This document shows, piece by piece, positions 56,995 to 64,000 of a stretch of 64,000 nucleotides of DNA. Each line of letters begins with the position of its first letter. Position 1 is the stretch's first letter. Position numbers and translations under genes: made by a program. Below the pieces are notes generated by a model. That model worked only from the letters and a program-made list of their open reading frames with translations, did no database searches and had not been told where the DNA came from. This stretch comes from Pseudomonadota bacterium (GTDB taxonomy: Bacteria > Pseudomonadota > Alphaproteobacteria > Micavibrionales > Micavibrionaceae): the NCBI GenBank assembly GCA_029558635.1, contig JAKQEE010000052.1, forward strand, positions 204,860 through 268,859, read 5' to 3'.

Positions 56995-57269
56995 GCCGCT
57001 TTATCCTTATAGATAAATCCGGCTATATCCCCCTCAGAATACCCAAGAAGTTTTCCAATTACGCCAGTTCTGGGGTGTATAAATTCTTTTTGTCTGCGGA
57101 TGATTTGTCCGGCTTGGACGTGGGGGGCGAAGGCTCGGTCGGGGATGATTTTTTCCGCTATTGTGCCGTTCTTTGGAGCGATGTCATGGAAGATGGCAAG
57201 GTGTTTCTTTGACGCGAGCATCAATTCCAGTTCTTTGCCTTCGTGTGGGCCAATCATGCGCATCCTCAC
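56991..57269 (-). CDS. hypothetical protein (92 aa) translationally coupled between cdsA and dxr
   Basis: It has 4-nt overlaps at both ends (with the cdsA stop and the dxr start). I recognise no motif. Confidence 0.5.
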   Translation of the reverse strand: MRMRMIGPHEGKELELMLASKKHLAIFHDIAPKNGTIAEKIIPDRAFAPHVQAGQIIRRQKEFIHPRTGVIGKLLGYSEGDIAGFIYKDKAA

Positions 57270-57937
57270 GGCATATTTATAATTGTTAGATAGGCGTAGA
57301 ACACCGGAATGACGAGGAGGAGGGCGTCGATGCGGTCGAGGATGCCGCCGTGTCCGGGGATCAGGTTGCCTGTGTCTTTGAGGCCTGCTTTGCGTTTAGT
57401 GAAGGAGATCAGCAAATCACCCGACTGTCCGACGATACCTAGAATGGCTCCCGCGACAAAGGTAATCGGGAGGGGCGGGGCGTCTTCGGCGGAGAAAAAT
57501 TCCATGCACAGGCTCAGGGTGATGGCGGGGCCGAGCAATGCTCCGGCATAGCCGCTCCATGTTTTGTTGGGGCTGACGGTCGGGGTCATTTTCGGGCCGC
57601 CGATATTTTTGCCGAAAATATAGGCCAGCGTGTCGCTCGACCAGATGCACAGGAAGAGGGTGAGAATCCAGAACGCGCCGTCAGGGAAATTGAGGCGGAT
57701 GTCGGCCATGTTATAGAACGCCAAGGCGAGATAGAGAAAGCCGATCACAAAAATGGCCGCGCGTTTGGTGGTCGAAGTTACGGCATGTGCGGCCAAATTC
57801 ACCCATTCGGCAAATGCAATTCCAATGCAGACGGCCAGAAAAATACCAAAGGCCCATCCCCCCCACCAAATCATTCCGAAAACGACAGGTATGAGAATGA
57901 TTGAGGACAGAAGGCGTTTCATCAAGGCGGAGGACAT
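57266..57937 (-). CDS. cdsA: phosphatidate cytidylyltransferase
   Basis: Polytopic. The C-terminal signature is SFTKRKAGLKDTGNLIPGHGGILDRID. Confidence 0.9.
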   Translation of the reverse strand: MSSALMKRLLSSIILIPVVFGMIWWGGWAFGIFLAVCIGIAFAEWVNLAAHAVTSTTKRAAIFVIGFLYLALAFYNMADIRLNFPDGAFWILTLFLCIWSSDTLAYIFGKNIGGPKMTPTVSPNKTWSGYAGALLGPAITLSLCMEFFSAEDAPPLPITFVAGAILGIVGQSGDLLISFTKRKAGLKDTGNLIPGHGGILDRIDALLLVIPVFYAYLTIINMP

Positions 57938-57955
57938 GAAGGTTCCGGCTCTTTA

Positions 57956-58675
57956 TCAGCTTTTGGAGGTTTTGACGCCACCATAGCGGCGGTCACGGCG
58001 GGCAAATTCCCCGATGGCTTTTTCGAGTTCGGCTTTATCAAAGTCGGGCCAGAGTGTCTCGGTGAACACGAATTCGGTGTAAGCGCAGGGCCAGAGCAAG
58101 AAGTTGGAAATGCGTTGTTCGCCACTGGTGCGGATCATCAGATCGGGGTCGGGGATTCCGGCCGTCATCAGAAATTGCGGGAAGAGAGCAGAGACTTCTT
58201 CTTCGGAAAGTTTGCGTTTCTCACGGTGGGCGTAATCGGCCAACAGGCTTGCGGCGTGGACAAGGTCTTGGCGTCCACCGTAGTTGAGTGCCATGACCAA
58301 TGTCACGCCTGTATTGTCGGCTGTGAGGTTTTCGGCATTGTCGATCAGTTCGATAATATCGCAGTCGAAGGCGCGGCGGTCACCGATGACGCGCAGGCGG
58401 ATATTGTTTTTATGAAGGTCGGCGGTTTCCGAACGCAAATAGGCGCGCAGCAGGCGCATCAGCTCTTTCACTTCGCTTTCAGGGCGTGACCAGTTTTCGG
58501 ACGAGAAGCCGAAGAGGGTCAGGTATTTAACACCCAGTTCGCCTGCGGCCTTGACGGTGCGTTTGACAGCTTCGGAGCCGCGCTGGTGTCCGGCGGTGCG
58601 CGGTAGGCCGCGTGCGTTCGCCCAGCGGCCATTGCCGTCCATAATGATTGCGATATGTTTTGGCGTTGTCGTCAA
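57956..58675 (-). CDS. uppS: ditrans,polycis-undecaprenyl-diphosphate synthase
   Basis: Carries HIAIIMDGNGRWA and FSSENWSRP. Confidence 0.95.
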   Translation of the reverse strand: MTTTPKHIAIIMDGNGRWANARGLPRTAGHQRGSEAVKRTVKAAGELGVKYLTLFGFSSENWSRPESEVKELMRLLRAYLRSETADLHKNNIRLRVIGDRRAFDCDIIELIDNAENLTADNTGVTLVMALNYGGRQDLVHAASLLADYAHREKRKLSEEEVSALFPQFLMTAGIPDPDLMIRTSGEQRISNFLLWPCAYTEFVFTETLWPDFDKAELEKAIGEFARRDRRYGGVKTSKS

Positions 58676-58678
58676 AGC

Positions 58679-59233
58679 TTATACCTTCATTACGTCTTCT
58701 TCTTTTTTCGCCAGATGGTCATCGACGTTCTTGATGAACTGGTCGGTGAGTTTCTGGACTTCGTCTGACATGCGCTTATGTTCGTCTTCGGAAATCTCGT
58801 TATCTTTCTCTGCTTTTTTCAGCGTGTCCATTCCGTCGCGGCGAATGTTGCGAATGGCAATACGGGCCTGTTCGGCGTATTTGCCGGCAACTTTTTGCAG
58901 TTCGGTGCGGCGTTCGGTCGAGAGTTCAGGAACAGGAACGCGGATCAGCGAGCCTTCAGCTTGCGGGTTCAAACCCAGACCGGAATCGCGGATCGCTTTT
59001 TCAACGGCTTTGGTATTGCTCATGTCCCAGACCTGAACGGCCAGAAGGCGGGATTCAGGCACGCTCACGGTGGCGACCTGATTGAGCGGCATTTTCGTAC
59101 CGTACACTTCAACGACGACGGGTTCCAGCATGTTGACTGAAGCACGTCCGGTGCGCAGGCCCGAAAATTCTTTCTCCAGCATTTCAACCGTATTGGTCAT
59201 ACGGCTTCTGAGGTCGTTCATATCGAGTGCCAT
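58679..59233 (-). CDS. frr: ribosome recycling factor
   Basis: 184 aa. Carries [15 protein letters not shown] and NIRRDGMD. Confidence 0.95.
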   Translation of the reverse strand: MALDMNDLRSRMTNTVEMLEKEFSGLRTGRASVNMLEPVVVEVYGTKMPLNQVATVSVPESRLLAVQVWDMSNTKAVEKAIRDSGLGLNPQAEGSLIRVPVPELSTERRTELQKVAGKYAEQARIAIRNIRRDGMDTLKKAEKDNEISEDEHKRMSDEVQKLTDQFIKNVDDHLAKKEEDVMKV

Positions 59234-59248
59234 ATTCGTGTCCTTTTC

Positions 59249-60019
59249 CTATTTATCGCTTACAATCGTGTACTCGCCGTCACCTTTGATGACTTTGGCG
59301 AAGTTGCCCGGTTCGCGGATCGAGAAGACCATCACCGGAATTTTGTTTTCGCGTGCCAGCGAAACTGCTGTTGCGTCCATAACTTTCAAATCTTTGGTCA
59401 GGATGTCCATATAGCCTAACTGGTCGTATTTCTGGGCGGTCGGGTCTTTGTGCGGGTCGGCGGTATAGATGCCGTTAACTTTGGTTCCTTTGGCGAGCAG
59501 GTCGCAGTTCATCTCGGACGCACGCAGCGCCGCGCCTGTATCCGATGTGAAGTAGGGGTTGCCGGTTCCAGCTGCGAAAATGACCACGCGGCCTTTTTCC
59601 ATGTGGCGCATGGCTTTGCGGCGGATATAGGGCTCGCAAACCTGATCCATTTGGATGGCAGACTGAACACGGGTTTTAACGCCGACATTTTCCAGAGCGT
59701 TTTGCATGCACAAGGCGTTGATGACGATTCCCAACATGCCCATATGGTCGGCGGTGGTGCGGTCCATGCCGTTTGATGCGCCAGAGACGCCGCGGAAGAT
59801 ATTGCCTGCGCCGACGACGATACAGACTTCGACACCCATATCGACGACGTCCTTGACGTCTTGCGCAATTCTGGCGACGGTTTCGGGATCAAGACCGAAT
59901 TCCTTTGGTCCCATCAGAGCCTCACCCGACATTTTTAATAATACACGCTTATATTTAGGTTTGGCAGAGGCGGCGGGCTGGTCTTTTTCTATATCTTTCA
60001 TGGCGGTCACAACACTCAT
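59249..60019 (-). CDS. pyrH: UMP kinase
   Basis: Carries [23 protein letters not shown] and [16 protein letters not shown]. Confidence 0.95.
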   Translation of the reverse strand: MSVVTAMKDIEKDQPAASAKPKYKRVLLKMSGEALMGPKEFGLDPETVARIAQDVKDVVDMGVEVCIVVGAGNIFRGVSGASNGMDRTTADHMGMLGIVINALCMQNALENVGVKTRVQSAIQMDQVCEPYIRRKAMRHMEKGRVVIFAAGTGNPYFTSDTGAALRASEMNCDLLAKGTKVNGIYTADPHKDPTAQKYDQLGYMDILTKDLKVMDATAVSLARENKIPVMVFSIREPGNFAKVIKGDGEYTIVSDK

Positions 60020-60171
60020 TTTCTATCCCTTTTTTGATTTCCCGTTACTCATACCACCGAAGGACAAAAATGCAAGAATTTCAGGGTGAATGGCCGAAGA
60101 AAAGTATTTACATAAATTTTCATTTATGATAACTGTGTCAGCGAAATTACATTCTGTCTGATCATAGATTA

Positions 60172-60615
60172 ATGAAGGGTAGGGCTATGGCGTTAAATAG
60201 TAAGCCAACGATGAATACATGGCATCGTCTTGGGTATGTCCCTGGGCATGCGAGTGGTGGAAAGGCTCGCCCTGCCAGTCGATCCTATAAGAATTATATT
60301 GACCGTGCGGATCATGCACTGATCAGCATAGCTCATTTTGTCGCGAATATAGTAAGTTATTCCCGAATGGTAGGGGTTGGGGAGAAGAAATATTTTGTTC
60401 TGACGGAAGATGGACAGCCTGTCGCAAGATTTGTCCCTTGGCGTAGTGATGACGCGGAGCCATCAATCCAGTTTCACTTTAAACCTAAGGCTGCAAGTGG
60501 GGATTTGGTGAGCTCCTTTACGGGTGTGGCACGAATGGCGATCTCGCCGATAGGCATTTTACGTGGGCATAGCAGGGTCGGGATGGTGCTTCCTTTGCCT
60601 GATGGTCCAGTTTAG
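60172..60615 (+). CDS. hypothetical protein with a Phd/YefM-antitoxin-like core (paralog 1)
   Basis: ISIAHFVANIVSYSRMVGVGEKKYFVLTEDGQPVARFVPW fits the Phd/YefM N-domain pattern (helix, then x-V-I/L-T-x-x-G-x-P-V-A/V-x-hydrophobic-V). An alternative start is the ATG at 60187. Confidence 0.45.
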   Translation: MKGRAMALNSKPTMNTWHRLGYVPGHASGGKARPASRSYKNYIDRADHALISIAHFVANIVSYSRMVGVGEKKYFVLTEDGQPVARFVPWRSDDAEPSIQFHFKPKAASGDLVSSFTGVARMAISPIGILRGHSRVGMVLPLPDGPV

Positions 60616-60677
60616 TGCCAGTGTTAGAATACACGTTGTTAATCAGGGTAACTTAGCGTCCATAAGAGAGCCGTTCT

Positions 60678-61106
60678 ATGAAATCACTTTTTCATCTTTG
60701 TCATTTAAAAGCCGATGGGGCAGGGTTTGATCCATCCACCATGCCATCGTCTGTAGGCCGTGGGCATTCTGGAAGATGCCAAAGAGTTGAAGGACCAAGT
60801 TTTACGTTGACCGATGTGGCGAGGTGTCTTTTTGGTATTCGTGATGCCCTTCAGGTTAAGGGAAATGATTCCTTTGTAATCACAAGTTTCGGCAAGCCTG
60901 TCGTTACTGTTAAATTTCATGATGCAGATGTGATGCCGGAAGGAGACAACCCGTCTATCAGATGTATTTTTGAAGGATCAGAATTGTCTGTTATCAGGGA
61001 GGCAGTCAATACATGTCTGGATTTGAGAAAGCCGACAGAATTGGTTTTTCGCGAGGGTAGAGGAAAAAATAAAAAGTATCTGGGGGCTACTGTTTTCCCC
61101 ATATAG
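60678..61106 (+). CDS. hypothetical protein with a Phd/YefM-antitoxin-like core (paralog 2)
   Basis: FTLTDVARCLFGIRDALQVKGNDSFVITSFGKPVVTVKFH shows the same pattern. It also shares PSIRCIF with PSIQFHF in the upstream gene. Confidence 0.45.
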   Translation: MKSLFHLCHLKADGAGFDPSTMPSSVGRGHSGRCQRVEGPSFTLTDVARCLFGIRDALQVKGNDSFVITSFGKPVVTVKFHDADVMPEGDNPSIRCIFEGSELSVIREAVNTCLDLRKPTELVFREGRGKNKKYLGATVFPI

Positions 61107-61115
61107 ACCACACCA

Positions 61116-61880
61116 TCATTTCATAACCGGTTGATATGTAGGAAGGTGATGTTGAGGCCACGTGACTGGTGATACATCCTTCATGGTCAGGTTATTGTTG
61201 CCGTTTATTATTCTGAAATACTCCAGAAAGCTTAGCTTCATACCGGTGGCTTTTCTTGTTTGTTCGATGTTTTTAAAATTTTCCGTTTCAAATGGTTGCC
61301 AGAGTCCGCTCTCCATTATCCGGCCTTGGGTGGCGTAGCGCTGGGGGCGGCTTTTGCGGCTGTCGAGAATTCCGTCCGGTGTGTAGGCAATACACGTTCT
61401 GTCGTGTAGATGGGCATATCCATCGGTTGCGCTTATGTCAGGGGACCGATAATGCTTTTCCAGCTTTTGCAAAATTTCTTTTTGAAATTCTTTGTCATGG
61501 TCGGCGTGAATAATAATCGTCAGAGCTATATCGTTCAGTTTCCGTCCAAAAACGGGGATGGTGATCCAGTCGTGAAATCTTAAAATTTCCTTGAGGCCTC
61601 TAGTGTTTTCATGGTCACTCCCCCATTTCTGGATAAAAATGTGATAGAAGAATTCTTTTTTATGTGCGGGATTTGATGCGCTGTAAAAAGTCCTACAGGC
61701 TTGGTCTATCATTATCATCATCTTGAGTTTCGTGGTTACCCAATTGACATCTCGGGGTCCCTCGGGAAAGCGGCCTAATATAAATTCCCCTTTTCTTAGA
61801 AAAGCATCCAATCTGCGAAAACGTTTGACGGCTTGCGAAAAATCCGGAAGAGACGCAGTGTGGTTGAATGTGGGGAGCAT
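61116..61880 (-). CDS. hypothetical protein (orphan, about 254-266 aa)
   Basis: ORF 61116..61916 begins at a TTG, and the first ATG is at 61880. It is convergent with the two small genes, with a 9-nt gap. It contains His-rich strings (IIHADHDKEF, GYAHLHDR). Confidence 0.5.
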   Translation of the reverse strand: MLPTFNHTASLPDFSQAVKRFRRLDAFLRKGEFILGRFPEGPRDVNWVTTKLKMMIMIDQACRTFYSASNPAHKKEFFYHIFIQKWGSDHENTRGLKEILRFHDWITIPVFGRKLNDIALTIIIHADHDKEFQKEILQKLEKHYRSPDISATDGYAHLHDRTCIAYTPDGILDSRKSRPQRYATQGRIMESGLWQPFETENFKNIEQTRKATGMKLSFLEYFRIINGNNNLTMKDVSPVTWPQHHLPTYQPVMK

Positions 61881-61920
61881 TGGGCCATCGTAATTCAAGC
61901 AAGGTAGAGAATGCAAATTT

Positions 61921-61951
61921 TAACAAAAAAGCCGGACGATGTGTCCGGCTT
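61921..61951 (-). terminator. rho-independent terminator of tsf
   Basis: The minus strand reads AGCCGGAC-acatc-GTCCGGCT followed by TTTTTTGTTA. It starts 24 nt after the tsf stop. Confidence 0.8.
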
Positions 61952-61974
61952 TTGAATTTTTTGTAGGCGAAGAA

Positions 61975-62904
61975 TTAGGCGCCGACGGCTGCAGCCACTT
62001 CGGCGGCGAAGTCAGTTTCTTCTTTTTCGATGCCTTCACCCAGAACGTAACGGGAAAATGCAGCGAGCTTGATCGGACTGCCTGCTTCTTTTCCGGCCTT
62101 GTCGAGAAGGGCGGAGATTTTGGTATCTGGGTCCATGATGAAGGCTTGTTCCATCAGGCAGACCTCCTCGTAATATTTACGCACGCGGCCTTCGAGCATT
62201 TTTTCGACGATTTCGGCGGGTTTGCCGGAAGCCAGGGCAATTTCGCGTTGAACATTTTTCTCACGCTCAATGGCAGCAGGATCAACGCTGGCGACATCCA
62301 GAAATTCTGGAGAAGCGGCGGCGACGTGCATGGCGAGTTGTTTGCCGAGTTCTTGCAGTTTTTCTGCCGGGGCTGCGGATTCAAGAGCAACCAGAACGCC
62401 GATTTTGCCGAGGTTCGGAGCAATCGCGCCGTGAATGTAGGTGGCTACATAGCCTTGGGAAACACTCAGTTTCGCCGAGCGGCGCAGGGACATGTTTTCA
62501 CCAATCGTGGCGATCAGGGCGGTTAGCGAGTCAGCAGTGTTTTTGCCGTCTGCGAAAGGTGCGGCAGCCAGAGACTCGGTTGCTCCATCGGTGGTCAAAG
62601 CGACATCAGCGGCTTTGCGCACGAAGGATTGAAATTGTTCGTTACGGGCCACGAAGTCGGTTTCGGCGTTGATTTCAACGAGGGCGGCGCTCATGCCATT
62701 TGCGGAAGCTGCGACAGCAACCAAACCTTCGGCGGCGGTGCGACCAGATTTCTTGGCGGCTTTTGCCAGACCTTTTTTACGCAGCCAGTCGACTGCCTCT
62801 TCCATGTTGCCCTTGCATTCGACCAAAGCGTTTTTTGCGTCCATCATGCCGGCGCCGGTTTTTTCGCGAAGGTCTTTGACCATTGATGCTGTAATGTCAG
62901 CCAT
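61975..62904 (-). CDS. tsf: translation elongation factor Ts
   Basis: Carries [24 protein letters not shown] (UBA-like N-domain). 309 aa. Confidence 0.95.
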   Translation of the reverse strand: MADITASMVKDLREKTGAGMMDAKNALVECKGNMEEAVDWLRKKGLAKAAKKSGRTAAEGLVAVAASANGMSAALVEINAETDFVARNEQFQSFVRKAADVALTTDGATESLAAAPFADGKNTADSLTALIATIGENMSLRRSAKLSVSQGYVATYIHGAIAPNLGKIGVLVALESAAPAEKLQELGKQLAMHVAAASPEFLDVASVDPAAIEREKNVQREIALASGKPAEIVEKMLEGRVRKYYEEVCLMEQAFIMDPDTKISALLDKAGKEAGSPIKLAAFSRYVLGEGIEKEETDFAAEVAAAVGA

Positions 62905-62974
62905 ATTCTATATCTCCTGATAGTCGGGTTTTTGAAAGGTTGATCCTCCCCATGTTCGGGGAGGATCGAATTAG

Positions 62975-63772
62975 TTATGCGTTGGCAGCGGCTTTTGCCG
63001 CTTCGCCTGCGGCTTCGTTGGCCGCTGCAGGGAGTTCAACGGCTACGGTTTCGGCTTCGCCCAGATCTTTACCGGAAGACGTAACTTCGGCTTGAATACC
63101 GTCGAGGATCGCGGACGAGATCAGTTCGCAGTACAGTTCGATAGCGCGCAGGGCGTCGTCGTTACCGGGGATCGGGAAGTCGATACCTTTTGGAGAGCTG
63201 TTGCTGTCGATGACCGCGATCACGGGAATGCCCAGTTTGTTGGCTTCTTTAACAGCGATGTCTTCTTTGTTGGTGTCGATCACAAAAATGGCGTCAGGTT
63301 GACCAGCCATATCCTTGATCCCGCCGATGGAGAGCTCCAGTTTCTCTCTTTCGCGTTTCAGCATCAGGGCTTCTTTTTTGGTGAAGCCGGTTTTTTCCTG
63401 AGCGAAAACGGTTTCGAGTTCTTTCAGGCGGTTGATCGAGTTGGTGACCGTTTTCCAGTTGGTCATCATACCACCCAACCAGCGGTGGTTGACGTAGTAT
63501 TGACCGCAACGCTTGGCGGCGTTGGCGACAGTGTCTTGTGCTTGACGCTTGGTGCCGACGAACAGAACGCGGCCGCCGTTGGCGGTGATTTCGCGAACAG
63601 TGCGCAGAGCCTGATCCAGCATCGGAACGGTTTGTTGAAGGTCGAGAATGTGAACGCCGTTACGCACACCGAAAATAAACGGGCGCATTTCAGGATTCCA
63701 GCGACGGGTGTTGTGACCAAAGTGAACGCCTGCTTCGAGCAATTGGCGCATGGTGAATTCGGGCATTGCCAT
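62975..63772 (-). CDS. rpsB: 30S ribosomal protein S2
   Basis: Carries [20 protein letters not shown]. An acidic/Ala-rich C-terminal tail is present. Confidence 0.95.
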   Translation of the reverse strand: MAMPEFTMRQLLEAGVHFGHNTRRWNPEMRPFIFGVRNGVHILDLQQTVPMLDQALRTVREITANGGRVLFVGTKRQAQDTVANAAKRCGQYYVNHRWLGGMMTNWKTVTNSINRLKELETVFAQEKTGFTKKEALMLKREREKLELSIGGIKDMAGQPDAIFVIDTNKEDIAVKEANKLGIPVIAVIDSNSSPKGIDFPIPGNDDALRAIELYCELISSAILDGIQAEVTSSGKDLGEAETVAVELPAAANEAAGEAAKAAANA

Positions 63773-64000
63773 GAGTAATCTCCTTTTCCGGTTTAGCCTC
63801 TACGGAGCTTGTGACGACGGACCATCCGCCGCACCGGTAGGGAAAATAAGATTTGTCTGCCTTATCCGCCCGACTCCGTATGTGAATTGAGGCCGTTTAT
63901 AGGGATTTCCGGCCGCCTTTGCAAGGAAAAAGGGGGCTAAAAATGCAAAAAAAACGGCCCTGCAGCCGTGTTTTGTACAATTTTATGGCGAAACCGCTAA

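Noticed and set aside
63773-64000. Possible structured rpsB leader or terminator hairpin near 63954-63969
   Set aside because: Some local pairing is present (ccggt...accgg; acggc...gccgt). The stems are short, and the region is cut by the window edge. I cannot support a specific element.

Overview
The window looks like a chromosomal segment from an alphaproteobacterium. This is inferred from gene content and order: gatCAB, xseB-ispA-dxs, hrcA-grpE next to a divergent rph-rdgB-hemW, and rpsB-tsf-pyrH-frr-uppS-cdsA-dxr. It is about 50% GC, densely coding and mostly housekeeping. I found no rRNA genes, CRISPR arrays or IS transposases. There are two tRNA loci, and both show signs of past integration. 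The strongest finding is a complete tRNA-Leu(UAA) gene on the minus strand (31301-31632). It is split between U34 and A35 by a 243-nt group I intron with a recognisable IC3-type core, and the ORF track shows only a spurious ORF there. This gene sits in a small accessory zone between thrS and uvrC (about 28.8-34.4 kb). Next to it are a tyrosine integrase, an intronless 5'-half copy of tRNA-Leu(UAA) and a tRNA 3'-end-like 19-mer. The zone also holds orphan genes, a MarR-like regulator and a pentapeptide-repeat protein. Other accessory islets are listed here. (1) A 1.9-kb insertion in the normally contiguous pyrH-tsf junction carries two paralogous Phd/YefM-like small proteins and a convergent orphan. 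(2) Two paralogous cysteine-rich secreted proteins are wedged between gatA and gatB. (3) The tRNA-Ser(GCU) locus has partial tRNA duplications and a truncated outer-membrane-protein gene. (4) Two adjacent small ORFs both end in Cys-Cys-aliphatic. (5) An extra J-domain-only gene lies between dnaK and dnaJ. All functional calls rest on motif recognition by eye, and no database search was possible.
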